Source: Paramecium tetraurelia | Taxonomy: Eukaryota | Assembly: GCA_000165425.1 (NCBI GenBank) | Contig: CT868010.1 | Coordinates: 1-64,000, forward strand | Direction: 5' to 3' | Length of the DNA: 64,000 bases | Part shown: one piece after another, positions 43,931 to 56,883 of the stretch | Position numbering within the stretch: position 1 is the stretch's first letter | Layout of the letters: every line of letters begins with the position of its first letter | Translations under genes and position numbers: made by a program | Notes under the pieces: model-generated | Seen by the model: only the letters and a program-made list of their open reading frames with translations | What the model was told of the DNA's origin: nothing | The model's database searches: none

Positions 43931-44949
43931 ATGGGACCCGTGTGTTCAAATTCTTAAATAAAAAGAAAGGAATCAAAACAGATTCAAACTGATTAAGTTG
44001 TTGAATAAATAAATAACACAAATATTTTAAATAACATAAACATTGTAATAGAGTTGATTTACGATATTAGTATCATTGATATGGAGATATATTAGTAAAT
44101 GATCTTGATTTGGAATAAAAGCAAGAGGTGTATGTTGAAGATGTGATCAAGATTCAAGTGCATTAGGATGTTGAATAGTAAGTTGAGAATGCTGTTTCTG
44201 AAGAATCTCTTCATTCATTTCTTCCGTCTCAAATTCCGCGTCCTTCAATTACTTTGGAAAATGAACAAGAACCATATTCATAAATACTTCAAAGTATGAT
44301 TGTGAAGAAGAAGGAGAAATTGTAAGTTATTTAGTAAGATATTCAAATGATTGATTACTCACCAATAAAATAGGAATCCAAATCATAGAGTTCATAAATC
44401 ATTAAGTCAGTCGAACCATTCAATTTAGATTTTGAATCATCTTCGTCCTCAGAACAATTTGAATGGAACTAGGAGTACTCTATTGATAGCAATGGAGAAA
44501 TTTTGGTAACTGGGATTGTTAATTGACTTTTAAAGTTTTGAATATTATGAATAATATAAAACAATTAATAGAAGGGATTTAAAAAGTGGAACAGGAATTT
44601 AGTAAATAGAACATAAATCCTGAAGATCGAATACCAATCATTAGTAAAATCTTGTTTGATGAAAGTTTGCAAACTCTGGATAATCTAGATTAAGTATTAA
44701 TCACATAATTTTAGTAAAGTGGTATGCATTCATATAATTAAAGGTTTAAGTGAACTTAATGAATACATTGATTACTTACTTTATAGGTTAGATTCATAAT
44801 GTGATTTTGAACTAAATTTAAATTATTAAACTAATGATAAAATATTGTAAGAATTATCATCCTGCTAATAATAATCGAAGGAACAAGCGACACAAGATGA
44901 AAACGATCTAAAAAAAGTATCAAGACCAAGAATCTCCACTTAAAAATGA
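43931..44949 (+). CDS. Hypothetical protein with MGxxC N-terminus (possible lipidation)
   Basis: MGPVCSNSQIKRK; 26-nt intron near 44070-44095; TGA 44947-44949. Confidence 0.55.
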
Positions 44950-45033
44950 ATTATATAAATAAAGAAATATTATAATTTTATTGTTATCTTCATCTCAATT
45001 ATTGTGATATAAAATATAATCTAAATGAAAATA

Positions 45034-48000
45034 TCATAACTCTTGGAGATTTTAAAACAAAAAGTCAATGAATCTATCTCCTTTGACATTCAGAATGTCT
45101 AAAAAGTATTTTGTAGCTAGTTAATCATTTTCATCTTTATGAACAAAGAATAAAAGTTCTTTTATATAAATAATTCTATCAAAATAGTTGGTATCTAAAA
45201 CTCTATTAAAAATAAATACTTTCTTCCTCTGAAACCTTCTCGAATTCATCAAACCAAGCTGGAGTATTCACAAAGTTCTCTTTACTAACCAACGGACCAT
45301 TTAATTGAGCTTAATAAATTTGCAATTCCTCTTCCTTTGGAACTGGAGATTGCAACAAGATCAAATATGTACAAATTTATCTGACATTCACATAACTAAA
45401 TAGAGAAAGTAAAATACCCATTTTGATCAAGTACTTTGAGAACTTTCATCCATTATGCTGGGGATAGTTTAAGTACCCCATATGAAGATCTAGATAAAAG
45501 TAAAGCAAGTTGTTTAATATCAATCAGTAAATGAGTACTAGTGATAGCTCGTAGGTCTTCAATTAAATAATATAATTGAGATATGGAAAATCTATCCTTA
45601 CTCAAAGGTTCTCTGGCTGTCAAAGGAGGAGGAATAGGAGTCAAGAAATTCAGAACTTCATGGTTAACAATCACATCAACAAATTGTAATTAGAGTTCCT
45701 TTTAAATTCTTTCACCTTTTTCAATATATCCTCTAAACAGATTAGATATGGCATCTAATGCTTTGATTTCAGTTAGATGAGTATAATGAATCCATTCATC
45801 TAGTTTAGAATACAAGAGATCAGCAGCCTATTTATATTTTAGAATAGTTTAGGAAGCATATCTTTTGATAACATCAACTCTTTCTTTAAATATTTACTTT
45901 TCTAAATTGATAGCATTTACTGCTTCTGCATTTTATAATTCCTTCTTTATAACATCTTCTTCTTTTCCTTTTTTACCCTTTTTCTCTTCTTTCTTTGCAG
46001 GTTGTTTAGCTCCCTTTTTTGTTTTGTCTTCAATTATCTCTTCTTCTCCAGCAAATATTCTCAAAGTATCTGCTATCAATTTATCTAATCTAACCTATGG
46101 ATCATCGCCATCTATCAATTATAGTTCTCCAACAGGTGGCTATATATCTTATAATTCAATGCCCTCTAAAGTTCCATAATAATCATTTAACAATTAAATA
46201 GAATTGGATGCTCGATCTAATTCGATTGCTAGCATTTACTTTAATTATAATAGATAGAGATCAATTTCATTTTCTATAAATTAAGATGTTTATATTTGTG
46301 ATTTTTCTACTGTCAAGTCATCTCTCTTTTGATCAATTATATCTATTAATTAATCATATAAATCATCAACTCTCTAATGCAATTCTTCTTTACACAGATC
46401 TTCTTCGCATAAATCAGGATTCTCCAATATAAATTCATTGTATTATTCTTAGAAATTTCTAATAAAGAAGAACTTTTCATCTGGTGTATTAATTAAATCA
46501 ATAAATTTGCGTTGAACATCCATTTAATAATTAGTAATGAATTCTCGTTATTCTCTGAATCCCTTGAAAATATTTTAGAGTGACATATATTTATTTTCAA
46601 TTAGATTCCAAAAACTATTTAAATACTTTAACAATGCCTGATTTGGCTATTTTACAGGCAACGTATCTAATGACACTTATTTATATTAACATTTCTTATC
46701 TAATTCTTCTTATTCCTATTATTACTTTAGTAACACTTCTTATTCCAATATTTTATTTTCTTAAGCTTACTATTTTTGTTAGATTTAATTAACTTGAATT
46801 TAAAGAAAGTTTTAGAATATTTAGTCCACATCATAGAAGACTCTTTCATAATTATTGGATGCATCCACACTTATAAATGCATTTTAGATATTGGAACCAC
46901 ATTTAGATTCAAAACTATTATACCAATTTCTGACTCCCTCTATTTGAGTCATAAAATATGAATTTTTATCTGAGATCTGCTCTTAAAGATTGTCAACTTC
47001 ATATAATGGTTGGATTCGTTCAATTAAAGGAGCATTGTCAACAGGAGGAGGATTCGTATCTAGATGATATAAAGAATGGTTATGATTATCATATCTTCTT
47101 CCAATAGCTCTTCTTAGACACAATTCATTGGACGGCATTTCCAAATACACACAAACTCCAACTCCACTCTCCTGTTTAGTCCTTGGTACTTTTTGATATT
47201 CATTTGGTCTAACAATCCTAGCAGCTTCTTAGAGTCTAGCCTATAAAGCTGTAGGTTCATCTTATGGCTGTATATTGGTTAGATATTTTTCCAATAGTTT
47301 TGCTTAATCATACGTATGAGGAAACCCAACCAATAGCCAACCTTTGCAATAAGGCTTGTTATTTATCATGTTATTTCGATGAAAATCTTCCCAATTGATG
47401 CCATCTTCATTGAAATCATCAATAGTTTTGACTGTCCTAACAATATGATTTTGGCATTTCTCTTTTTGTTCCTCATAAATCTCCTCAAATGTCTACTAGT
47501 TAAATGTTCTTTTGATCTTCTAGACAATAGCTTTGATATACAATTCATCAGGAATATTTTGTCCTTCTAAGAGATAATTGGATATCGATTGACCCAATTC
47601 TATTTATTGCTGATCCCATACCTAAGAGTGCTCCTCTCCTTACTAATATTTACTTATATATTCCAATAACTCATTGATTATGACATCAACACATAATACA
47701 GTAATTCCATATTTCTTGCTCAATAAGTCACTGATAGTTCTCTTACCACTAAATGCGAATCCTATCAATGAACCTCTAAATGGAACATAAGGAATATTTA
47801 ATTCTTGTTCTTCTTCATTGGTAATTTAAAATTAACTCTCAATTAAATATCTCACCAAATTTCCAAGAGTATAATTATTTTATGCTTTATATATACTCCA
47901 TGCTCCAGTCCCTTCTAAATAGTCTTGCATCTCCATCTTAGCCAAAAACATTTTTTATTTATAATTTTAATTCTCCTGTTTCTTCATTTCCTTTATTGGA

Positions 48001-49456
48001 TCATAAGTTCTAAATCTTTTGTAAGGAATTAATTCCATTCCTTACTCAAACAAATGATTGTTTTCTCTAGTGAATTACTCATTTATTTGATTTGAATCAT
48101 GATTTTACAGATGTTCATATACTTATTCTTCAATTTCAAATAGAATTTCAACTAATTTTCTGCATTTCTCATAATTCTATTGTCTAATCAACAATTTATA
48201 CTCAACATTGATCTCTAATTACCTCTTCGATTGTAGTTCAATATCTTCATTAAATTCTTATTATAATGATCTCAACATTTCTTCCTCCTTAAATTTCTGA
48301 TTGATAACATTCAATTCCTACTTATTTTTATAATTCTCATCTCTTAAATTTCTATTTTCACAAATCACTTCTTTACATTAAAATGCTCTCCATATCTCAT
48401 ACATTATTTCTTTCTCTTATCTACTCTATTATTTTAGTTTCTCCAAAACACAACACTCTCTTCTTTATAATTCATCTGTCTACTTCTCCTAATCTACAAT
48501 CATCTTTCTTCTCCTTTTATCTCTCTCCTTCCTCATGAATTCATTCATCATCTTATTTCTCAATCCCAAACTAACAGGTTCATCTTTTTATCTATTTTCA
48601 AATTATTCAATCTACTACTCCATTTCCCCTTTCAAAAACTATTAAGTCTACACCAATCTATCCTCTGCCATTTTCTGCATGGTAGATTTAAATTTATCAT
48701 CATTTACTTTATTTTTATGTCTAATCTACTAATTTTTCTTCCAATTTTCAATTCCCTTTTAATTCCAATCCTCCATGAATGCCATATTTCTTTGTAATTT
48801 ATTCAATTGTATCTTTCGCCATTTCTTCTTTAAGATTCCTCTCTTCAGTTTCCTCCTTTATCTTTAATCTTCTCTCTTTTTCTGCCTATTATATTGCGAA
48901 TGTTGTAAATTTGCCCAGATGTACCTCCAAATTAACATCTTTTTAAGCCTTATTTCTCTCATTCAATTTCTGCAGAAAGAAATCTTATTCCATCTTATCA
49001 AATTATTCTTTAGGTTATCGAATGACCATTAAGGGTTGAATCACATTATATTTCCCTGTTTTAGCATGCATCATTACATCATGTGGATCATTCACTTTTT
49101 ACAATTACTTTAAAATATCAGATTTCTCATACCATCTATAATTGATATAACAATTGCATAGCTACACCCCTTTTACCCTTAATAACTTAATCTGCTATCT
49201 AAAAATGAAATGAAATGTGGAGTGTCTTAAATGTCGGTTCAAGTAATTAGAAATTCTTCATTTTCGCTTCTCGAACATCTCTATCTCATTACCTTATTTC
49301 TTACTTATTCGAGAATTCTTCAAAATTAAGCTATTGATTGAATTTGCTCAACAATTCACCAAATAGATATCCATTACTGAAATCATGTTCGAATGATGTT
49401 ACCTTCTTACTTAATTGTACTTCATCATTAAGCCACACCATTAGAAGTTACGACAT
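45034..49456 (-). CDS. SPEF2: Sperm flagellar protein 2 / CPC1-like central-pair protein
   Basis: N-terminal CH domain MSQLLMVWLNDEVQLS..FSNGYLFGELL..NFQLLEPTF..GVAMQLLYQL; adenylate-kinase-like P-loop GFAFSGKRT; KEELHQRVDDL. Confidence 0.85.
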
Positions 49457-49481
49457 TATAATTATAATATAAATTATCAAA

Positions 49482-50912
49482 TCAAATAACAATTGCACTC
49501 AAATTCGTTTCGAGGATGTTGTGATACAATTCAAAATCGTAGTCATTCAATTTGCTCTAAGCTAACTCTTCATAATCAATTGGTGAATCCTTTCCATCTC
49601 TTAAAACTCTTGCAAAATTGATCAAATATTCTGTTAAAACCAATAAATATGTCTCACTGATATTTTACAAATTCTTCTATGCTATTGTCAGATATTCTAT
49701 GCAATAATCTTAACAAATTTAAGGAACTCTCTCAATACTAAATTCACATGATAACCTCAATTCTTCAATGTCATGCATAAACTGTACATAAAATTCGTGT
49801 TCTCTTTTCAATTCTGGTAACTCCTTCAGTAATTATTGACTCAAAATTAACACCCATTTTGATAAACAAAAGGCTAATTTCAATAACACATTGTTGCCAT
49901 CACAAAATTACAAAATCTCTGACTTATTAACTAATATCTCTTAGCATAAGTAATGTTTAAATATGATCTCTTACCTTTTCTTCTATTATTCTGGTTAGAT
50001 TGAATTGATATTTGATTTGGTGTCGCATGAGGCACTTACTTCTAAAATATTTGTTTTACTCTGGGATTACGGTTGTGGAATTGAATTTTTATCAGCCTTC
50101 ATCAAAGGGGAGGTGGTGATCATCTAAACTACTTCTTGCCAATTTGGTCTTCTAAATTCATCAATTGTCAATGTCTTTTCTAAAAAGTACATGCTGAATT
50201 AACTAATTTTAGCTTATTTCAATTTCTCTATGATTGGCTGACTCAGGATCTTTTTTAATAAGGATTAAGGATCACTTGCTAACCAAGGGAGATTCCCAAA
50301 TACCATTTCGAAATAGATGACTGCCAATGACCAAATATCACATTTGAAACAGTATTATTAATAGCCAAGTAGTTGAGGTGCCATGTAATAGGGGGATCCA
50401 ACCAAAGACTTGAGCATGTTTGTGCTGGAGTAATTATTCACTATTTTGGCAAAACCGAAATCTGCAATTTTGAAAATTCCATTGTTAATCAAAATATTGG
50501 CTGGTTTCAAATCTCTATGAATAATGCTGTGTTTTTGTAATTCTTTGAATCCTTCAACTATTTGTCTGAGTACATCGAATGATTCTACTTCGCTTAATCT
50601 TTTTTAATTCAATAGTTCTTTTAGATCCCCATCCTTGCAATATTCAATAATAATGTAGATGTATTTGGGAGTATCAATTAAATCTATAAATCTAACGATG
50701 TTGGGATGATTGCATTTCTTAAGTATTTCGATTTCATTGATGATCTGTTATTTAATATACTTGTCTTGTTACTCGATGAATTTGGTGTCTATTTATTTGA
50801 TAGCCACTTGTTCATTGTTTTCTGTGTCTTATCCTAGGAACACTTTACCATAGGCTCCCTCTCCCAAACAAAAGCGAGAATTGAATTAAAACTTGCCAAC
50901 TTGAACATTCAT
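49482..50912 (-). CDS. ULK-like Ser/Thr kinase, intronless, 476 aa
   Basis: LGEGAYGKV, VAIK, HRDLKPANIL, ADFGFAK, VGSPYYMAPQ. Confidence 0.9.
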
Positions 50913-50935
50913 ATTTAATCGTTTTTATAATAATA

Positions 50936-52265
50936 ATGAAGCAATTCATATGTGTGTTGCTATTCATAGGTGTAATGGGATCTGATTTGGAAAGTACAAT
51001 CAAAGAAGTAATAACTCAGAAATATGTAGATGAGATAAACTGACTTCGGTCGTTCCTTTTTGGAGAAAATATAAATGAATGATCCAGTTGAGAAGATAAT
51101 TAGAGACATCGCCAACTTTTATAATAGTGTGGATAGAAGATTGGAGGAAGGAGTGCAACAGTTCAAACAATCACAGGAGAAATGCAATTAGGAGATAAAG
51201 GAATTGAAGACTAATGATGAGGAGTTGAATCGTAAATTAGTAATCGAATAAAATATAATATATATAGAGAGATATTTAAATAACAAGGGCACGTAAGTAA
51301 CCTCGTTATGATCTAATAATTCATCGATTTCATCAGAAAAATAAGATGAGACAAGAACTTGATCACCAAGAAACCAGGTATATCGAATTGAGAGAGGCAG
51401 AATAATCGTTTTTCAATTACAATCAAGATTAACTAGATAAAGCAATGGTAGTTATAGTGGAAATCAGGAATAAATTTATTGGTTACTTGTCGTTGAGACA
51501 GAATAGACAGAGAAAGGCTGCAGTTAGAGACAACTAGTACTGGGATGACGATGAAACTCCATTTAATGAGGATGATGATGACTATGATGAGGAAGAGGAG
51601 GAAAGACAACACAATGAGAAGTATGCATTCATTCAAATTATTGTGGCTATTTAGAGAGTCAAGACTGGATTAGAAATGGTATGAGTATACATATAAAATT
51701 TAGAATGGAGTTACTCAATTGGTTTAAGGCATTGAAGATTTATGTTAGTAGATGCATGATATCAAGGAAGGAAACATTATCTATGATGATTCAGAAGAAA
51801 CTCTCAACAAATTGGCTAGCTAAGTCATCGATATCACATCAAGTGTTTTGGATTGGATTGCCTAAGTGAAGAGGCGGGAGGAGAAGGCTGACGATAGCAA
51901 AGGAGATGTGATTATCTAGACCTTGAAATTGATAAACAAACAAAAACAGTAGGCTGATCTCGAAATAGGATAGTTGGGCAATGAATCTGCTGCCTTAAGT
52001 TAGTAGTTGAGTTCATTGGAATAGAGCGAGGATTTGACCAGATTCTCACTTAACAATAACAAAGACTTACTATAAACAAAGATAGAAATGTGTAATGATT
52101 AGGAGGCAGCCTATAAGATAGAAAAAAGATAACTGTAAATTCGTGATTGACCTTAGGGAAGAGCAATTGAATACTGTGGGGTAACTTGTGGAGGCCATGG
52201 AATAGAAAGGAGGACAGTTCAAGAGAGTAATGAAGACTTTGGAAGGAGTTGCAGATTACAAATGA
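50936..52265 (+). CDS. Trichocyst matrix protein (TMP/GRL)-like secreted coiled-coil precursor
   Basis: Signal peptide MKQFICVLLFIGVMG; FGRSFLEKIQMNDPVEKII; one Cys per half; AFIQ motif; four tiny introns. Confidence 0.7.
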
Positions 52266-52311
52266 TTCTGCGTCTAGAAATAATAATAAATTATTTAATT
52301 ATAAATTAATT

Positions 52312-53760
52312 ATGGAGCAAAACATTCCTCATCAATTGGTAATTCGGAATAAAAATGGAGTTTATCTTTCCAATATGTTGGCTAAGTCAGATGAGGAAAT
52401 GCAATTGATTAATTAGGATGGAAATGCCTAATTGATCGTTTTAGAAAATCATATAGTCATGTTCAATAAGTAATCCCTCAGGCTCCATGATTATAAATAA
52501 TAAGTGAAGGAACTGGAATTTACGAACTTGTAGAATATCCATCTTGCAGATTCTAAATAACATCTCACAGTTATAGATAAATTGGATCAGCAATCATTTT
52601 AATTACAAATCTTGAAGTTTCCTTCATTAGAATCCAAGGGCATCAATTTTAATATTAAAAATTTCAAGAGAGAGTCGTGGCCTATCTTGAAGTATTCATC
52701 TGATGATCAATACTACTTTATAATACAAAATTAAAAATTGCATTGTTATGCTGATAATTAATGTGTCTATCAAACTGATATTGGAAATTGCGATTATTTT
52801 AGTGTCTAACCCAATACACCAAAACCTTTGGTGGTTTGCTATAGTTTGATGGATTTCAATATTAAGGACTCCTTTTTAAAGATAGTTGATATGAATGGCA
52901 AAATCAAATATGAAAAGAAATTACATTAAACCAGTGATTTGGAAGTGATTTGGTCACCAAATGGATAATCCTTATTGATAAATAAAGGATTTCACGAAGA
53001 CAATACAAATAAAAGTTATTTTGGACAAAATTAAGTTCTGTTTTATGATTTCCCAAAAAATGCCCTTAGAGAATTGCCAACTTACGAAGGCCCCATTCAT
53101 CATGTTTAATGGTCACCTTCCTCTAAAGAATTCATCTTGCTGTCTGGTTTCATGCCTTCAGGGGCTGTCATGTATGATAACACTTGTAAACCACTGTTTG
53201 AATTTGGAAAAGATCATAAGAATAAAATTATATGGGGAAATGGTAGATTCGTTATGATCTGTGGATTTGGAAATCTGGATGGTTCCATTCACATTTGGGA
53301 TGCTAAAACCCTCAAATAAGTTAGTACTAACAAATACAAATCAGCCAGCTTATGTCATTGGTCACCTTGTAGTAGATATTATGTCTGTGCAAAAGTGACT
53401 CCTAGAATGAACGTAGACAATTAATATTCACTCTTTGATTATCATGGTAAAGAGATAATCAATAGGAAGTTCTAAGAATTATATGATGTTTAATTTAGGC
53501 CTTCAAATATTAAATTCGAAGAGAGAGCTCCCACTCCTCCCAAATAAGTTCAGCAAGAAGCACCAAAGAAATAGTTCATTGCTTTTGCTGACAATCCCCT
53601 TGCTTAGTAAATGAGGGCTATGAAGGCTGGAGAAGGGGCAAGAGTATTGCAAGTTGATGAAACCTTTGGAAAACAATCTAACAATAATTACCCTCCTGGT
53701 TATGAACCTCCAAAAGAGAAGAAGAAGAGAGTCAGAAAACCAAAATAATAATAATAATGA
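52312..53760 (+). CDS. eIF2A: Translation initiation factor 2A
   Basis: DNTNKSYFG, EGPIHHVQWSP, GFMPS, GFGNLDG, WSP..TPRMNVDN; span consistent with an intronless 482-aa ORF. Confidence 0.92.
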
Positions 53761-53807
53761 TAATGATAGATCATATAAATCTAGAATAATCTATTTCTTT
53801 TACTTCC

Positions 53808-54914
53808 TCATCCCATCTATATTAAAACAAACTAAACAAATTCTAAAAATCCTATGACTCCACTATTGCGTGTGTATGGGGAGGTTACTTATGAATGGTT
53901 GTAGAGTATGGCACTTATTTGGGTATGAATGTATTGACTAGGATCTTCTCCTCTATTTTCTACCATTGCACGCCTTCCATCCAGATATGCTTTTTTATAT
54001 CCTGAAATCCATAGTAACCTAGACGATTCTTGGGATCCTTCTGGATCAGTTTATTTATGAAGTCGGCAGCATCCAAAGACCAGCCTTCAGATAATTCTGA
54101 CTTCTTTACAGATACTTGTTTATTGATAATATTGTCAATCATATCGTCAATCGAATTGTATTCATACATTTTCTAATTATTATCTCAATTAAATTCCTTA
54201 CTCTCTATGCCATTATTTCATACAACAACACTCCGATTGAATAGTAATCTGCTTCAAATCCAAATTCTTCTCTTAGTAATACTTCCGGGGCCATATACTC
54301 TGATATATCGTCTTCAATCCTGAATTAACCACCGCAACTAGAAGAATGTAAACCATATAATTTAATATAGCCACTGTTATCCAAAAGAATGTTATACGGA
54401 TTCAGATTAGTGTGAATTACCCTTTTCTGATGTAGAAAGTTTAATGCTATTAATAATTGAGCTATCAACATTTCTATTCTCTCTTAATATTTAATTTATA
54501 CTTGCTTCTCCTTCATTCATTGATTGTAATTTCAGTTGGGTTCTTAAATCTCCACCAGGAACATATTCTAAGACCAAATACAAGTCTTAGGTGTCTTGGA
54601 ATGCACAAAAAGGTTAGATTAAAAAGGGGAATTGCAATGAAACCATCATGAATAATTCTCTAATATATGCTTTGATCTTCTTCTCATTGTATAATTGCAA
54701 TTTTGGTATCATCTTCATTACTAGTAAGTCAGGGTTGCCATCCTATTCAACAATCCAATTATAAATGTAACCTCTGCTATGATGTTCTAATAGTCCCTTA
54801 AAAGTGAATCCAGATAATGAAATTTTCTTTTCTATTAATGGAATATGAATTCAAATCATTACAATTGAGTTGTATAAAGTCTTGTTTGATCGCAGCTGAC
54901 TGTCTTACTCCCAT
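53808..54914 (-). CDS. AGC-like predicted pseudokinase
   Basis: AFQDTQDLYLVLEYVPGGDL, HTNLNPYNILLD, IKLYGL, EYMAPEV, ADFINKLIQKDPKNRLG; three introns; stop position slightly uncertain. Confidence 0.8.
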
Positions 54915-54989
54915 TTTAATTTAAATCAAAATAATATTTAAATAAGTAAAATAGACGATTTGATATAAAATAAACACACCAACTCTCAA

Positions 54990-55401
54990 TCATTTTTCTT
55001 TGCTTATCTATACTTCCACATTGTTTCGCATTGATTCCAAAATTATGCCTAAGAGAAAGCATTTGTATCCAACACTTAACGATAAAATGCGATAGTTACT
55101 GATTAAGGGCCTCACTCAATTCTTGCATGTAGAGAGGATAGGCTTTGTATAAAATGATACTCATATCCGAAAGGGCTAACAACAGGAAAATGAATAGGAG
55201 GGGCCTCTTATCTAGGAGTACACAGACTCCCAATGAGATGATTACCAAAGATTATATTGATGGCTAATTACAAATGTATTTTACATAGGGAATCAAATAG
55301 AAGAGATGCTGAAATGGGTAATAGGGTAACTTAGAATCAGTTAATAAGAACCATCCAGTAATAACAAAATAGAGTGCAGCAGGAATAAGCAATATTTTCA
55401 T
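54990..55401 (-). CDS. Small multi-pass membrane protein
   Basis: MKILLIPAALYFVITGWFLL; several hydrophobic segments; 25-nt intron; ends ISKEK. Confidence 0.6.
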
Positions 55402-55434
55402 TATAAAAATATTATTTTATTAAAAAACGAATTA

Positions 55435-56619
55435 ATGATAGTTGCCTTATTTATTTCAACTGCATTAGCTCTATAAATGAATGAGTAGGCCACACTCACA
55501 ACAGAAGCCCAAACTGCTGTTAGAGAATTTGTTCAATCTAGTCCAATGGGGAAGATGATGTTTGAGTTTGCTTAATTGGAGATGCACGTAATAAGCATTA
55601 TCAAAAATTAGAGGCTTCTGGTGCTGTAGACATCTTGATTGAAGTTCTCAAGGCCTTCGGTCGTCAATAAGAAGACAGATTGAACGAAGAAAACACAATT
55701 GTAATAATAACTACTCAATATAGTGGTAAAACAGACTGGGAGATCATAATGCTCGCAGAATTCAGTATGAGTCACTGGTAACTGAAGGTGGATTAGCTAT
55801 TAACAGGGATAGGAAAAAATTGACTTAAGAATATGAACCTCGAAAAGAAGAACTAAATGAAATACTAACAACCTTGAAAACGAATATGGGCAAAAATGAA
55901 GTTGCTAAAAAGAATGCAGAAGCTTTGAGTAGCTGAATAGAATGCATAATTCTAACAATAAGCAAATGAAATCACTGAAGCCATCAAAGCAACTGACGAC
56001 ACTCTAGAATACATCAAGAGGTGCAGTCAAGGTTCATTTATTGAAGTTGACAAAATTAATGATCATCTCCTATTCTTGTAAAAGAAATCATCTAAATCTA
56101 CTGACTATGTTGGATCAATAATCTAGGCACTTATGTAAATAAGTGAAAAGTAGAACTTCGCAGATAGAGAGGTTCAAAAGTAATTGGTTGATCTATTGCA
56201 ATCATTGAGAGGCTATTTTGTTGAGACTCTACAAGCAGCCTACAATGATGAGGATTAATAGAAATTATTGCATGAAAATAGAATGAATCAATTAGAAAAC
56301 GAAAAATAAGTATTTGAAAAACAATACAGTGATGCTTATGCTGAAAGAGAATAAAGATCATGTAATTTACTCATTCTATTTCTTTTTAGTATAAATTGAA
56401 GACACAAATAGATTATTAGATACAAGAGGCAAAGAATTATCAGGCTATTAAGATCGATTGACTACTGAAAACAATAATTTCTCTTAAAATCAAAAGATTC
56501 ATGATGATCTAGTAGCAGCCATCAGTGGAGAAATTGGTTTTATAGAAAAGTCATTAGATGTTTTGATGACTTAAGCATTTTCCGATGAACTCTAATCAGC
56601 CATTAATAAAGCTAAATGA
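55435..56619 (+). CDS. Trichocyst matrix protein (TMP/GRL)-like precursor with splice or frame anomalies
   Basis: Signal peptide MIVALFISTALA; SPMGKMMFEFAQLEM; GSFIE; ALMQISEKQNFADREVQKQLVDLLQSLR; in-frame TGA at 55934 unless a 34-nt intron is removed. Confidence 0.7.
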
Positions 56620-56883
56620 ATTATGATCAAATCCAAATATATTTATTAGTATTCATTAAAAGCAGATACACTTTGTTAAATTATAAGACATATTTATAAT
56701 CAATCAAATTCTGTATTGATAATTTCTTATATCAAACGATTATTCATCTAAAAGTTAACTTAGATTATACTTATAGAGAACTTAAGAATTTAGTTACTTT
56801 AAGAATTCTTTTTAAAATTAAATAATTATCTCAACACTTCCAAATTAGATTCAAAAAGAAAGGAGTAAAAAGTTAATAAAAAT

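Noticed and set aside
45865..47570. Plus-strand track ORFs inside SPEF2
   Set aside because: Antisense artefacts of a long code-6 ORF.
45034..50912. Kinase-SPEF2 fusion protein
   Set aside because: The kinase frame ends in TGA at 49482-49484 and SPEF2 has its own conserved N-terminus in a different frame.
53746..53766. (TAA)n/TGA run as tandem stops or a microsatellite
   Set aside because: It encodes the C-terminal Gln residues of eIF2A followed by the normal TGA.
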